Source of the DNA: Caulobacter virus Karma
DNA: 24,000 nt
Reading direction: 5' to 3' (one strand)
Sequence record: JX100811.1
Shown here: positions 22,436-24,000 of the stretch, piece after piece
Position numbering within the stretch: position 1 is the first letter of the stretch
Layout of the letters: every line of letters begins with the position of its first letter
Program-made: the position numbers and the translations under genes
Notes under the pieces: generated by a model
What the model was told of the DNA's origin: nothing
Seen by the model: only the letters and a program-made list of their open reading frames with translations
Database searches by the model: none

Positions 22436-24000
22436 TTAGGCGCCGTGCGCCGCGACATAGGCCTTGGCGTAGGCCTCGCGGTAGGCGGCCTCGTGGACCA
22501 CGCCCGCTTCGTCGGTGAGGTCCTCGAACGCCTCGTAGTGGACGCCATTGGAGGCGTCCAGGTCGAAAACGCCGTCGAGCCGGGCCTGCTGGGCGTCGGC
22601 GCGGCCGTCGATGTCGCCCACGAGCTTGGCCCAGGCCGCGTATTGCGCCTCGACCACCGCGTCGAAGGCGGCGATGTAGGCGTTGCTCATCGCCGCCTCG
22701 CTGTCGAGCGGCGATTCGGTGACGTCGTTGTAGCGCTCGCCCTCGAAGCCGTCGAGGATATCGACGATCGCGTCGGCCAACGCGTCTTCGTCGGTTTCGG
22801 CCATCGCCTCGGCGATCGCCTTATGGGCGTCTTGCTCGCCCCAGGTCCGAGCGATGCTCTCGCCCAGGACCGCGTCCTCGGTCGGGAAGCCGTTCTCGTC
22901 GAGCACCGGATCGGTGCTTTCGGCCGTTTCTTCGTCCTCGGCTTCGGGGCCGGGGTCGGTTTGCTCGGCGTCAGCCTTGCCGGCGGCGAAGGCCTCGCCA
23001 TAGCCGCGCACATAGCCCTCCGAGTAGGCTTGCCGGGCCGAATCGGGGCCGTCGCTGAGTTCGCCCGGCATGTCGAAAGACGCGTCATACTCCCAGCCGT
23101 TCTCGGCGTCGGCGGCCCCGGCCTTGCGACCAGCTTCTTCGCCGGCCTTGTCCCAGTTGGTCTCGACGTCGTCGAACGACACCGACACCTCGGCGGTGGT
23201 CGCGGCTTCCGGCGCCGAGGCCGTCACGGTCACGCCGTCGGCGGCCGTGGCGTCGGTGGCGTCTTCCGGGTCCTCGACCGGCGCGGCGGCCTTCTCCTCG
23301 GCGAAGCGCCGCTCGACGGCGGCCGAGAAGTAGTTCTTGGCGTCGGCCTCGGGGATTTCGGCCAGCACTTCCATCTTGCAGCAGCGCAGCTTGGCTTGGT
23401 TGTAGTCGGTCGGGATCGCCGTCACGTCGCTCGGATTGATCTCGACGATGATGATCTTGCCGACGCCGTTGTGGAACTGGAGCAGGTAGTCGAACGAGCA
23501 GGCGTGCAGGCCACGCGAGCAGAGCGAATTGCGGTTGGGGTCGCACTTGTCGCGGTCCATCTCGACCGTCGAGCCGATCTTGTATTCGACCGTGCCCGAG
23601 TGGTGGTCGAAGAAGTCGGCGCGCACGCGCTTGAAGGCGTGGAAGTTGCCGTCCGGGGTCAGGGGCAGGCGACCCTTCTCCAGGAAGGCGTAGAGGTCAG
23701 CCGCGATCGACTTGTCGGGGTTGAGGTGAACCTTCTCGATGAACTTGGTCAGCGGCTCGATGTCGAAGCCTTCCGACAGCACGCGCTTGAAGGTGCCGGC
23801 CGCCACGTAATCGATCACGTGGCCGTCCAGGCGCAGACGGTCGCGGTCATCGAGGATGACGCGCCCGAACGACTGGGCCGCGACATAGGCGGCGACGTCG
23901 GCGATCAGGCGGATTTCGTCGATGTCCTGCGGCACCTTGCGCAGGGCTTCCTCCAGCTTCTTGGCCTGGGCCGAGGCGCGGGGGAACACGCGGTAGCGAC
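22436..24000 (-). CDS. rIIB: rIIB-like protein with long acidic C-terminal extension; 5' end probably beyond window
   Basis: 'LTPDGNFHAFKRVRADFFDHHSGTVEYKIGSTVEM...NSLCSRGLHACSFDYLLQF...IVEINPSDVTAIPTDYNQAKLRCCKMEV'. Frame remains open to 24000. Confidence 0.78.
   Translation of the reverse strand, partial: RYRVFPRASAQAKKLEEALRKVPQDIDEIRLIADVAAYVAAQSFGRVILDDRDRLRLDGHVIDYVAAGTFKRVLSEGFDIEPLTKFIEKVHLNPDKSIAADLYAFLEKGRLPLTPDGNFHAFKRVRADFFDHHSGTVEYKIGSTVEMDRDKCDPNRNSLCSRGLHACSFDYLLQFHNGVGKIIIVEINPSDVTAIPTDYNQAKLRCCKMEVLAEIPEADAKNYFSAAVERRFAEEKAAAPVEDPEDATDATAADGVTVTASAPEAATTAEVSVSFDDVETNWDKAGEEAGRKAGAADAENGWEYDASFDMPGELSDGPDSARQAYSEGYVRGYGEAFAAGKADAEQTDPGPEAEDEETAESTDPVLDENGFPTEDAVLGESIARTWGEQDAHKAIAEAMAETDEDALADAIVDILDGFEGERYNDVTESPLDSEAAMSNAYIAAFDAVVEAQYAAWAKLVGDIDGRADAQQARLDGVFDLDASNGVHYEAFEDLTDEAGVVHEAAYREAYAKAYVAAHGA

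Overview
This 24 kb GC-rich window looks like a replication / nucleotide-metabolism segment of a large tailed-phage genome, plausibly infecting an alphaproteobacterium. A Caulobacter phiCbK-like host range is my inference; no database was searched. Nearly all protein genes lie on the minus strand, tightly packed with TGATG/GTGA overlaps. Recognisable products are ThyX, a dNMP kinase-like protein, a Dda/RecD-like helicase, a protein with a mixed-charge tail, a Cas4/RecB-like Fe-S nuclease, a DEDD exonuclease, a family A DNA polymerase, a C5-cytosine methyltransferase, an HNH endonuclease, a metallophosphoesterase-like protein, an NPPY methyltransferase, an SNF2-type helicase, an HhH-GPD glycosylase and an rIIB-like protein. 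The most unusual part is the ~3.1 kb region 14.27-17.44 kb, which has no convincing protein gene. It contains an apparent circularly permuted (two-piece) tmRNA with the tag frame ADNDNDVVAFASAREAIAA-TAATAA, an initiator-like tRNA-Met, a tRNA-Cys(GCA) with a long variable arm, a CAU-anticodon tRNA-like gene with a long variable arm, a tRNA-Lys(CTT)-like gene with a defective acceptor stem, and a 21-bp-stem RNA structure. It also has several hundred-nt hairpin-rich stretches between promoter-like and terminator-like signals. A recurring intergenic element, TGTCAAGATTCACGACAT, always contains a GANTC (CcrM-type) site next to promoter-like sequences and GTTAAC.
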